Shown: in pieces, positions 47,621-59,399 of the stretch
Layout of the letters: every line of letters starts with the position of its first letter
How positions within the stretch are numbered: the stretch's first letter is position 1
Origin: Dicyema japonicum
Lineage: Eukaryota > Animalia > Dicyemida
DNA: 64,000 bases
Direction of reading: 5' to 3'
Assembly (NCBI GenBank): GCA_011109175.1
Contig: RDEW01000044.1
Coordinates: 11,791 to 75,790 of the forward strand
Translations under genes and position numbers: made by a program
Notes under the pieces: generated by a model
The model's database searches: none
Told to the model about the DNA's origin: nothing
Seen by the model: the letters and a program-made list of their open reading frames with translations, nothing else

Positions 47621-50600
47621 GGCGGGCTCGACGGAATGAGACCTGGCTACCTGAAGTATCTAACCTCTTTGTCTGTAGAAGAGCAGGACTTCGTCTTACT
47701 AATTCAAATACTTCACTTATGAATTGGATCATGTCTGGAGTTCTTCCCGAAGTTATCCGTTATGTCCTGTTCTCCACCAATTTGATATCCTTTGATAAGA
47801 AGGGAGGCGGAGTACGACCAGTTGCGGTCGCGTTTTTCTTCAGAAGACTGATTGATAAAATTGCCTCCAGACATTCTATTCCACTCGTCACAAAATTCTT
47901 GAACCCCTCAAGTATTCGCCTGGATGCTGTCCATTCAATGAGGACATTCACAAACCGCAGTATAAAAGAATCCTGGGGACATGTCCTGGTCAAACTGGAC
48001 ATCAAGAACGCCTTCAATAGTCTAAGGAGGGACAATATTTTGGAGGCGTGTGTTGAGAGATGCCCTAATATTTTCGAATTTGTGAATGTCATACAGCCTA
48101 CCTTCATCCTTACTTTTCGGGGACTACCTAATCCATTCGTATGCTGGAGTGCAACAGGGAGATCCCCTTGAACCCCTAGTGTTTTGTCTTGCAATAGAGA
48201 AAATCACCAAACTTCTGTGCTCGCCTCTCAACCTATTGTATCTGGATGATGCGGTCCTCGGAGGACCCCCGGATACTGTTTTCCGGGNNNNNNNNNNNNN
48301 NNNNNNNNNNNNNNNNNNNNNNNNNNNNNNNNNNNNNNNNNNNNNNNNNNNNNNNNNNNNNNNNNNNNNNNNNNNNNNNNNNNNNNNNNNNNNNNNNNNN
48401 NNNNNNNNNNNNNNNNNNNNNNNNNNNNNNNNNNNNNNNNNNNNNNNNNNNNNNNNNNNNNNNNNNNNNNNNNNNNNNNNNNNNNNNNNNNNNNNNNNNN
48501 NNNNNNNNNNNNNNNNNNNNNNNNNNNNNNNNNNNNNNNNNNNNNNNNNNNNNNNNNNNNNNNNNNNNNNNNNNNNNNNNNNNNNNNNNNNNNNNNNNNN
48601 NNNNNNNNNNNNNNNNNNNNNNNNNNNNNNNNNNNNNNNNNNNNNNNNNNNNNNNNNNNNNNNNNNNNNNNNNNNNNNNNNNNNNNNNNNNNNNNNNNNN
48701 NNNNNNNNNNNNNNNNNNNNNNNNNNNNNNNNNNNNNNNNNNNNNNNNNNNNNNNNNNNNNNNNNNNNNNNNNNNNNNNNNNNNNNNNNNNNNNNNNNNN
48801 NNNNNNNNNNNNNNNNNNNNNNNNNNNNNNNNNNNNNNNNNNNNNNNNNNNNNNNNNNNNNNNNNNNNNNNNNNNNNNNNNNNNNNNNNNNNNNNNNNNN
48901 NNNNNNNNNNNNNNNNNNNNNNNNNNNNNNNNNNNNNNNNNNNNNNNNNNNNNNNNNNNNNNNNNNNNNNNNNNNNNNNNNNNNNNNNNNNNNNNNNNNN
49001 NNNNNNNNNNNNNNNNNNNNNNNNNNNNNNNNNNNNNNNNNNNNNNNNNNNNNNNNNNNNNNNNNNNNNNNNNNNNNNNNNNNNNNNNNNNNNNNNNNNN
49101 NNNNNNNNNNNNNNNNNNNNNNNNNNNNNNNNNNNNNNNNNNNNNNNNNNNNNNNNNNNNNNNNNNNNNNATCCGTCATGTAGAAGTCACCTTTTCTGAT
49201 ATATTTTTTCTATACCGTTTCTGCATCCGATCTAGTACATACCAGAAGGATAGATTCTTGATTCAAATTTTAAGGCTTTGTCCTTCTATTTTCAAATCAA
49301 CACACCCTTCCATATTTATAGACTTGACCACAAATATCCCTTTGGATAAAGCATCTCCATCTTATCTGTCGATAAAGAGTCTCAATTTCGTCCGTAGGGG
49401 ATTCCTCTCACGTATAAATTCATAACTTTTGACGGTTAAAATTTATTACAGCTTTTTTGGATTACCATCTTTTCATAAAATCGTAGATGCGTCTTCACAG
49501 ATATTTATCTGCTAACAGTATCCACTTCCTCCCGTGTTGAATATTCCATGGCCCAACCACATGAACTCTTTGATGGAAAATCCCGATAGTGGTTCCAGGC
49601 TACACCAGTTACGGCGAAACTAAAGAAACTTCATTAATATTCGACTTCAAACTGACAATCACCTCTTGAGGAATGTAGTCAGTCACAATATCCTATATGG
49701 TTTTAAGTATATCCACATAAACAAGAAGTGACGACGAAATATTAAACCCCATTTATTACGGCCATAAGTACAATTTTTTAATATTTAAATTAAAAATTTT
49801 ATTATTATTTTTTTTAAATTTAAAAAACGTGAGTTAGAAAAAAGCCGTCAATTGAAATAAAAGATGGTATACAGGGGAAAATATCAAATCACCGAAGGCC
49901 GTGGAGACACTAATTGAAAAAAAACAAAAAAGAACACCAATGCCAAGAAGGAAATGCTCGCCTCAACGAACTTGTGTAGGTTCAAAGGATCAACACCGAG
50001 CAAAAATGAGAGCCATGACTCAACAGAAAAACATACAAATTTATCATGAATATTATGCCAATTGAAGGTATTGTGAGTTGATAAAGAAGGCAGAAGAAAC
50101 CTTTCTCTAAATAGAAGACGCTGTTGTAAACATTCATAAGTTGCATTGAAAATAAATGAATAAATTTAGAAAAATATTTTTTACACTGAAACTGTTCCCT
50201 CTATTGGTTCTACGAGTCATGAATTCGAAATCAACGGCATCAAAATAAGACTAAATGACTTACCAGGGAATGAATTTCATGATATTATTAACATTGACAC
50301 GATACAGACGACACAACAATTTTTGGTACAAATGGACTGGAAGCGAAATATAGAAAATAGAATAAAAGTAGGGACAAATCAAATAGAGAAAAATAATCCA
50401 TGTTTATGGGTTACCAAAATATAAAACACATATTAGACATTCTGATAACAGACTTCAACACTATTTGAACAATCTTGTTATAGCGCCAGATGTACTTCAG
50501 TTATATGGTTCTAAACCTCTCTAATATGTCGGTCTTCATTCTACTCAGTCTGTCTATTCTACACAGTAGACAACCTCGATGACTGTCGAGAAGTTACATA

Positions 50601-51805
50601 GAGAAAACTGATAAAGCAGATAGTGAAGAGCATGGCACAAGCGGAAACCTAAGTATTCATATGCTAATGGATAACGTGGGAGTCCATTCAACTACTGACT
50701 AATTTCGAAAATTGGACATGGATCACCTCCTCATGGCGAAAATTAGATGCTATTTTCGTACAACTAAAAGACCCTATTCTTCTTCCTCACAGGGATTTTT
50801 CTCATAAAATCCCTTTGTCTGCTACCAAGCTGTTACTAGGCAATTCCCTGTAAATTTTATAATTTTTTTTCGCCACCAATTTGGTCATTAATTTATACAG
50901 GGTCAACATACATGTAATCGACTTTACTAGGGGTCATCAACTAAGGAATCAGGCTCATGATCCTAATGTATAGCCACTGAGAAAGAATAGCTGAATTAGA
51001 GACATATTGCTCATTGTAGAGAATTAAACATTTCATCGATTGGTTTTTAAGTGAGTTGTCTGCTCGTGGAGAACACTACATACAACTGTCACCAACAAAC
51101 CCACCTTCTCTCCTTACCAAAACAACTATTAATTAGTTTGCTTGGTAGTGGTTAGGGGACGGGTGCTCAGTTATGTTACCAGTTGCTTCTATTAACTCCC
51201 GGAGGTATTCTAATGATATGTCATCGTACTTTGAATCCTATCAGTAATCTGCTGGTTACACTGACTATATGATGGATAGTTTTTCTCATGAGTACGGACA
51301 ATCCAAACACTCATTTAGACTCCAAATGACAATGAAATTATGTACCACCCCCTTCTTAATGAACCCATTATCTCCATTTATTTGCCCAGTGGCGTTTTAG
51401 GTCGCCGTTTTTCCTTTAATTTTAAATCTCGAATTTAAGATATACCTGATTTACCCTCGATACCAATCCTAATTCACAATTTTGAAGCTCATGAGTCATG
51501 ACACATCATGAGATATCCACTTTAGCCTTTCTCTTACACTCCACAGTCGTACTGAGGTCAACCAATTTTGAATGCTCCCTATTTTTAGAAAACCCCCATA
51601 TCCTATGTCTTTTAGAGTCCGTAAAAATGGTGAAGATTATATCCATAAGATGTTTGATAATCGATCTTTCCTGACCCAACTGTCACATAATAAAGGCATA
51701 ATTTAGAATAATTTTTTGTCATTTTTCATTAACTTTGCATCAACATCACAGTACGAATAAAAGTCAACATTTGCATTACGTTTTCGTTAGGTTATCAGTT
51801 CATTA

Positions 51806-52805
51806 ATGATTTACCGGCGTTCGGTTATTAATTCATTGATGATTCGCAACGAGGAGGTTAAAAATTTCTTTGTAGACTTGCGAATAATAAGCATTCTAAA
51901 AGAAGATACAACTCGAAAGATGTTGGCTGTCTATTGCAGACATGCAAATGACAATGCTATTGTGATATTCCAGAGACAGACAGTTGCAGTTGAGGATGTA
52001 CAGAAAATAATTGATTGTTGTTCAAATGAATATTCTGATCACATTAAGTATGCGGATAGTCGATTTCACAGATTTCAGTTATCTACAAAAATCATCATGT
52101 CCAGTATATTTTTAAATAATTTAGAAATATCTGTTGGTTTAATATTTCCTGCGGATCCGTACTTTATTGAAAGCTTCCGACGTTCTGAATTATCAGTTAC
52201 ATTACGAGAAACGGCAGAGGAATATTTTAAAATTACCTTTATCATGTTGACTCGTGTTCTTCGTGAGATGGTTGCAAATTTAGTAAAAATTTTAGTGGGT
52301 GTATGACTTGAGTGAGGGAAATAAAAATGTCCTGTTTAGAGACGATGATCCAGTTAATGGGTTCATACTCATTCCTGATTTTATGTGGGACCAAAAGGAT
52401 GATTATGAGCTGTGTATTTTAGCTTTTTGTAAAAGAAATGATATAATGAATTTGAGATCCCTGGGGGGAGAACATATTAAACTCTTGGAAAATATTCTTC
52501 ACCGTGGAACTGTATTTATGCTGTATTTATTTGTAGGAAGTCATCGAGAGTTTGTTCAAAGTCTACGACATATTTCTAGAATTTATGTCGTATATCCAAC
52601 CGAAATAAATCATTTCTACGTTTATTTTGCGGAGATTAAAAGTTACACGGTTGCATCACATTTTGGAAACGCACACCTGCTAGAGGACGTTATTGACAAT
52701 TTAAAGGAAAATCCTGAATTCTACAAAGAAAGAGCTATTTCCTTCATTACTACAGAATCTATTTACTTCTCCTTCAAACACTACATGAAGCCTCAATATA
52801 TTTAA
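51806..52805 (+). CDS. DCPS: m7GpppX scavenger decapping enzyme (DcpS) homolog with degenerate HIT motif
   Basis: Two ORFs are joined by a 25-nt intron 52271-52295 (EM|WVYDL). DcpS motifs: LIFPA, RETAEEY, DPVNGFILIPDFMW, IMNLRSL, AHLLEDVIDNL. The HIT triad region reads NHFYVYF. Confidence 0.88.
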
Positions 52806-53481
52806 CACATTACTGGTCTTTTTTGTTTTCATTAACAACTTACTTTTTTTCTAAATTATATTCATAGTCCTTGCCACTAAAGTGGGTTTTAGTCACCAAA
52901 GTATCTGCTTGTAACTTGAAAACATCAGTCTACCTTATGGCTCTGTCACTCCACCTTCTCTTATTTCAAGAAAGAGTCTCTTCTGGGATCTATTCCAATA
53001 GTAATGACCGTTCACACGTGTCTAGTTTTGATTTAAGTGCTTAGGAGACTTGAAATAAGTATTTTATTATTTGTAAGAAGAGTGTTTAAATAAGCAGTTT
53101 AAAAATCAAATTTGATGTTTACCCACGTGGGGCGTCTATTGTCCCACATCTCCAGGATCTCTGGGATCTTGTATTAGTACCTATAAATGATTAAAGTTGA
53201 AAGTTTTTGAAATTAGCATTGAAGGTCACTTGACAGGATGATATTGATTGAAATTTTCAGAAACTCAAAGTCTTCATATCTGGTTCACTCACTTTTTCGG
53301 AAATGTTCTTGCTTCTGTGATTCTTAAATGTTTATCTAAAAATTGTTGATACACAGGGCTTACCTTTTCTCCTGTCTGCACGTCTAATCCATTAACGAAT
53401 CTCTGTCATGCCTACTATTGAGTGTTATTTTCTTGCTGACCGCTTGTTTACGTGTTGGGAATAAATAGATGTTTAAAATAA

Positions 53482-54085
53482 TCGATGGTCTTGATCTAAG
53501 AGATGGAAAGAGACCTGATGGAATGACCCTTTTCCCCTTCACGTCTGGAAGATCTTTGGTCTGGGACGCAACTTGTGTAGACACGTTCTCAAGCACGAAT
53601 ATTTTCAAATCGGTTCAGACACCTGGAGCAGCTGCTTCGACTGCGGAAAACCTAAAAATCAAGAAATATTCTTGCCTCGGGGATCGCTACTGATTTACTC
53701 CTGTTGCGACCGAATCATCGGGAGCCGTTGGTCCAATGACGGCTGAGTTCTTGCGAGAACTCAGAGGATTGCTTGCCAGAAAAAAAGGGATCAACGAGAA
53801 GGGTTATGGCTAAGACAAAAGATTGGAATAGCCATACTCCGAGGGAACTCGTTCGCAATCCACGCAGCAGGCTTCCTCAACTGACATTTGTTTAATTGTN
53901 CGTTGGTCCAATGACGGCTGAGTTCTTGCGAGAACTCGGAGGATTGCTTGCCAGAAAAAAAGGGATCAACGAGAAGGGTTATGGCTAAGACAAAAGATTG
54001 GAATAGCCATACTCCGAGGGAACTCGTTCGCAATCCACGCAGCAGGCTTCCTCAACTGACATTTGTTTAATTGTTACAAAATTTT
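53482..54085 (+). mobile_element. CRE-clade 3' end, same family as 10232-10780
   Basis: RPDGMTLFPFTSGRSLVWDATC; its last ~170 bp is duplicated across a single 'n'. Confidence 0.85.
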
Positions 54086-54089
54086 AATA

Positions 54090-54408
54090 ATAAAAACCTT
54101 TTCACGAGAGACATAATATTTATTGCTCCGCATAGGCAGGACACACACTTTATTTAAGTAAAGAACAGTTAATTTTAACTACTCGTAGAACCAAGGAATG
54201 ATCTTCACTTCTTTTTTCTTTTTCTTGTGTGAGTGTCCTTTCTAGACAATTCAGTTTCGCAGTGAGTATTCACTGATGACGGCGTCACTCGTCAAACCAT
54301 TTCTGCATCGTATATGCGTGGAACCTTCCACCAGGTGAACAGCAGAAAGATTCGAACCCGTAGCCTAAGCGTCTTAAGCCCGACACCTAACCACTAACCC
54401 GGCTAGCT
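54090..54408 (-). mobile_element. tRNA-derived SINE, family 1 (independent insertion)
   Basis: Reverse complement reads AGCCGGGTTAGTGGTTAGG...GGGTTCGAATC with the same body and tail as the 33159 copy, in different flanks. Further fragments at 10895-11010, 35025-35135, 45240-45320 and 51140-51185. Confidence 0.75.
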
Positions 54409-55016
54409 AAAAAATTTTTTGTTTAAAAAAAATATAATTTTTAATATTAAAATTTGAATATTTCTAAGTTAAGCGAAGTCTGTCTAATTCGCAGAGTTGA
54501 TTTTCAATTTCAATAGAGACGTACTCCTATTACAAATATAATAATTATACGAGAGTATTTTCTAGTCTAGTGCGAATATTGATCAGGTTTATTCGATATT
54601 CTCGACTAGTGACGTAATCTTTGTAAATTAACATAAATACCACGTGTTCTATTAGTTTCCTCAAAATGTTCTATTGCGATAAGACTGTTCAATATTCGAA
54701 TCAGGTTCATTATTCTGTTGGCTGTAATGACTTCATTTCGATAATCATTTTCCAGTCTTCTGACCTCTTCGTTCCTTTTCCTTCGTGCGAGTGAACACAA
54801 GTCAGGAGGAATTACCATTTACGTTTGTTCGAATTTCAATATTTATAGTACCAATGATATACAAGAAGATAATATAGCCGCGAAATTCGAAAAATGAGCT
54901 TAATAAGATTATTTAAATAAACGATTTTATTTAATATTAAAATGATTCTCGAATCAATGTGAATTGAAGTATTAATAATATTAAGATTGAGTTGGTGATC
55001 TTAACAATTCAGTCTC

Positions 55017-55089
55017 AATTTTCGATGTGGTTCACCTTCACGTGGAGAAAATTGGATACTAGTATCAATCTGGCAACTAAAAGAACCAC
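55017..55089 (+). ncRNA. HDV-like self-cleaving ribozyme fold (partly degenerate)
   Basis: P1 AATTTTC(55017-23)/GAAAATT(55047-53); P2 GTGGTTC(55027-33)/GAACCAC(55083-89); P3/L3 ACC-TTCACGT-GGA; GG for P1.1 (55054-55); P4 TACTAG/CTGGCA; J4/2 with C55077-TAA. Confidence 0.65.
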
Positions 55090-55815
55090 AATTATTCCCC
55101 TGTCAAACTTTTCAACGACCTCTGGGAAGTCGGACTGGATGATGGCGGCTATTGAGCGGGCGCGTAGCTTTTGCTCCCAAAGATCGGATTTGCTACTCTT
55201 AATCCTTGCTGGAGACATCGAACAGAACCCCGGGCCCCATAAAAACGGGAAATTCCTTAATATCATGCAATTTAACATAAACGGCCTCACACACAATCAA
55301 ATGAACTTTTTGCATTTCTAACTTATCACAAAATTGATATTGCCATGCTACAGGAAACGAAACTATCAAGAAAGTCAGCGCTTCCACACTACAAAGACTA
55401 CTCAATTGTCCGCCGTGATCGACCGAATTCAAACAGAGGAGGCGGTGTTCTCATACACAAATCTATTCCATTCTCCGATACTTCCGCTCAGACACAAGCT
55501 CTGTTTGAATATGACAATCACATCGAACTTACTTCTGTCTTGGTGAAAATAAACCACACAAGGTATACATTTGTAAGTATTTATATCCCGCCACCAAGTT
55601 CCAGTATGAAACATTACTCCCCAAAACTAACCGAATTGCAAAAAATTGAAAATGTGATAATCTGCGGAGACCTAAATGCAAAAGATTTTCTCTGGCTAAT
55701 CGGCCAAAAGAGTAATGAGAGGGGGTTTCAGGTCCTCTCTCAAGTAGAACAATTAGTTATCCTCAATGACAGGAAATCACACACTCAAACAGCTTCCAGA
55801 CCAGGACACTCTAAT
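55017..55815 (+). mobile_element. 5' end of an Ingi/Vingi-like non-LTR element: HDV-like ribozyme, 2A peptide, APE domain
   Basis: LLLLILAGDIEQNPGP followed by NIMQFNING, LQETKL, RGGGV, IYIPP, CGDLNAK; one frameshift near 55300; truncated by a hAT end. Confidence 0.85.
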
Positions 55816-55816
55816 A

Positions 55817-56520
55817 CAGAGCTTTTCAAAAAATAATTCTCGCGGCACACTAATTGTAAAAAAAATAATCCACGGCACACATTAAAAATAAAAAAATTAA
55901 TTTTTTTAAGATGTGTAAAACTAAATACAAAAATCGGTAATTTAATGCCCAAATTTTTATTAATAAAAAAATGAATTTTTAATTATTATTGTTTTTGCAT
56001 ATATCATCAATATCAGGTCAAATGGTTAACAAAGGCACTCGCATTTCAGCACAAATCCGACGAGAAACAGTGTTATCTGACAAAGGTATCTTCATTATTT
56101 TTTGTTCATATTTATGACCAAACATAGTCCGAGCAATAATACGACAAGCAGGGATTATCAAGTTTTCGTTAATATTGTGAGGTTTTAGTTGTTTTGCTAT
56201 CACTTCTGAAATCAGGTATGAACATTTCAATGATTCCTTTGTGTTTAAAAAAGTTTCACTGAACATCATTTGACTAGATCTACGATTCATAGAAAAAACC
56301 AAATAATACTTAAGTTGTTTTTTTTCAAATGGATAAAATAATCGACAGATTTTTCGGAATAGTCCGGATGCTTGGAAGTAAAATGACTCTTTAGTTTGCT
56401 AGAAACCATAGCATCACTTGCCAAAAATCCATGCAAATTAGACATTGAGGTAGTTTATTTTTATTTTGCATATACATCCAAATGACAAATAAGAATCTTT
56501 ATAAGAACGACGAACTGATT
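55817..56520 (-). mobile_element. hAT (Buster-like) remnant
   Basis: SYLISEVIAKQLKPHNINENLIIPAC..IPLSDNTVSRRI; CAGAGCTTTTCAAA-like terminus at 55817. Confidence 0.8.
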
Positions 56521-57959
56521 TACCCATAAGCACGTTGATGCGCACGTTATTAAAAAATTAATAAATAATGGTTAACCAATGTAAATGTCAAATAATGTAT
56601 AATATGTCACATGGGCCAAGCGTTACCTATGGGCAGCCTGTTACATTAACCTTGAACCAAGATTAACTTCAATTAATTTTATAAATGATTTATTAACCAC
56701 AAAAAATTAAATTTAAGTAACTTTTTTTAGTCTACTCATTAATACAGTCGACTAGGAATTATGGTTGCGCATGTTTAATGGATTTATGAAATCAATACTA
56801 ACATATAATGATAATACTTGACCTGTTCGAATGCGGAATTTATGGCTTTCGATGCGATTCACAGAAGACAGCTTAGAGTGCTATTTGCCATGCAGTGGCG
56901 TTCTAGGATCTCTAATGTTGGAATTCATAAAAATTCAAGACTAGGCATCTAAGTCTAGAGATCACTGACGCCCGGTGGAGACAGTTTGGACACATCATGC
57001 GTATGGATCTCGCCACCGGGAGTTTTTTGGTAAGTACATTAAAGTGCATTCTGAAAGCACATTCCGTATCTTTTATGAATTCATGCTCTAATTGTCTAGC
57101 TTTTATCTTCTTCAGATCATCATCATAAAAATTTTCTAAATTTTCACTTTTCAATTATATTCTGATTAATTAAGATGATTTCATCCTGTCCAGGGGAGCG
57201 GCCATTCTTAAGTTTGACCATTGCATTTGAGATTTCGCCAGGTGTGGTAGCTTTATCAGTTAGGTGGCGTATCCACAAATATGATTAAATATTTCTCCGC
57301 GGACAGTTAATATATCCTCGAAATACGGCGCAATATATTCAACCTGATCTTTGGGATTTGTTAAAAATCTTCCATTCCCGTCGTGGAGTTTGAGTTTGTT
57401 CGTTTGTTTTCTTCTGTTGAGCAGACGCATTGCAGTGAAGATTTTTGATGAGTCTTTGAACTGTTCAACTTCTGCAGCTCTTAGATCAAGGAGGTTAGTA
57501 ATGTGCTTCTTATTTAAAATCTTTATGGTTTTCTGGCTGGATGTTCTTCTAAACTTCAAGATTTTATCCTATCAGGATCAGACTCATTATCCAGTTATAA
57601 TCTTAGTTCCCTTTGTTCTTTAATGAGGGCGAGGACTTCTGGATGTATAAATTTTTTAATCAGTGCTGGGACCAGGATCCGATACTTCCATTTGCTGCCG
57701 AAAAGATCCCATTCATTGTCTCCGGCCAGGTGCCTCCTGGAGGAAGTTAGGGATCCAGGTTTCGGATGAATCTCGTAATTAATATTTGGTAGTTATCTCT
57801 GATCGATGTAGAGCAGCGCTTCTCGATTCGTTTTGAGTTTGCACCTTCAAAAATTTTAAAAACCACCCAAATTTTAAATCTAAGAGAATTCGAATTTTAT
57901 TAAAAAATTAGTCAGGTTCCTTGAGACTTTTCCTGTCTTTTAGTTTTAATTAATTCTTC

Positions 57960-58915
57960 GAATCGTGGTTTTTTGTTTGTTAATGCATTCTGAGATCGTT
58001 TTTAGGAATTAAGCGTTTCGGTACTTAATTTTATATTTAGTAGAGATGAAAATCCAGATTCACATAGTTAAGTTGTTGCAAATGGAACCAGAACTTCCAG
58101 TGCTTTTTTTACAAGTGTCGGAAAACCAAATTGCAAACCTTACCAAAAAACCTTCAAAGAATTTGAGTCGTACATCATTTTCAGTTATGTAGATGATTGA
58201 ATTTCAATCTAATTGTCTTTAATCTCTTTTCTATCCTCCATCTTTTCTATTTTGAAAGCAAATTTATTCCTGAAGGAACATATTTTGTCAGAAGCATTTA
58301 TAATGCTCATCCCTTTCCCTTGAGATGATTGAATATGTCAGCAAAATATGCCAAAAAAATCACAAAATTTGAAGATTTGAAACAATCAAATAGTTCAGAG
58401 TTTTTTCAAATAAAAATTGTTCGATTTCACGTCTGAGAATAAAAAATCTTGTTAAAACACGGCCTCTTGAAAGCCATCTAACATCAGTATGATACAAGAA
58501 AACAGTGGCGTCAGCATCATAATCAGTACATAATGCTTTGAACAATCTATGATTCAAAGCCTTTCCTCGAATAAAATTTACGATTTTGACACACGAATTA
58601 AAGACATCTTTTAACTTCATTGGCAGAGACTTAGATACGAGTGCATGTTGATGAAGGGTACAGTGAGTGACTGTTACATCTGGAACATGTTTTCTTAAAA
58701 GGGCTGCAAACCCCGACCTGTTCCCCAGCATAACTGGAACACCGCCCGTGCAAATTGATCCTATAATTTCCAATGGAATATCGTGTTCATTAAAAAAAGT
58801 CTCGAATATTTGAAAAACATTTTTTGCAGAGGTTTCTGTTTTAAGAAATTTACAAAAAAGAAACTTTTTGGCAATTAAATTTTCTTGTACATAACGAACG
58901 AAGCAAATATATATT
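57960..58915 (-). mobile_element. hAT (Buster/ZBED8-like) transposase remnant
   Basis: ICTGGVPVMLGNRSGF..THCTLHQHAL..VNFIRGKALNHRLF..HTDVRWLSRG..FATTNLCESGFS. Confidence 0.88.
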
Positions 58916-59399
58916 TTATTTGATGATCATTTGCATATATGTACAAGTAATCATAATTTTTAGAATTAAAAGTCCTTGTCTTATTAGCTCAAAGTCCTTG
59001 TTGTGAACTTGGCAAAGACTATCTTGTGATCACTGTCGATAGCTGAACCTCCGTATGACCTCGAGGCACGTAGGAATGACTTTTCTTTGACTCGGAGATG
59101 ATGTAGTCAATTTGGCTGAAAATGTTAATAGAGCCTTCGGTAGGTAAGAATCGTTGCCCAGTCTATATCGTTAATAATAAAATATTTAATTATAGAAATT
59201 TATTAAATATAACTAATAAAAATTAAATAAACACGTTGCTGGCTAATGGTTGTTGTTGATAAAATCCATCTATATTCATCGGATTATGCCGACTTCTGTG
59301 CCGAATTGAGTTAAAAAAACCCAAATCGAACGCCCGCCGAGCTTGTTCGGCATGTTTCCGACACGGATGCATCTAGGATTTGTTTTCATCAAAACAACA

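Larger units (their letters stand above)
31260..48287 (+). repeat. ~7 kb direct duplication (31260-38410 vs 40506-48287)
   Basis: Both copies have the same order RTE-MULE-R4-SINE-LINE-CRE and shared junctions. Copy 2 is bounded by N gaps (40466-40505, 48288-49170). Confidence 0.9.

Noticed and set aside
48086-49199. Long 317-365 aa ORFs
   Set aside because: Artefacts of translating the N gap 48288-49170.
54250-54300. CTGATGA plus hairpins in the family-1 SINE, suggesting a hammerhead ribozyme
   Set aside because: There is no GAAA after stem II and stem I does not form. The opposite-strand GAAAC is GGAAC in other copies and has no CUGANGA.
56912-57154. Minus-strand ORF with MMCPNC resembling a LITAF zinc-binding motif
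   Set aside because: The plus strand encodes an RTE-like C-terminus (HRRQLR..ARWRQFGHIMRM); the ORF is its antisense shadow.
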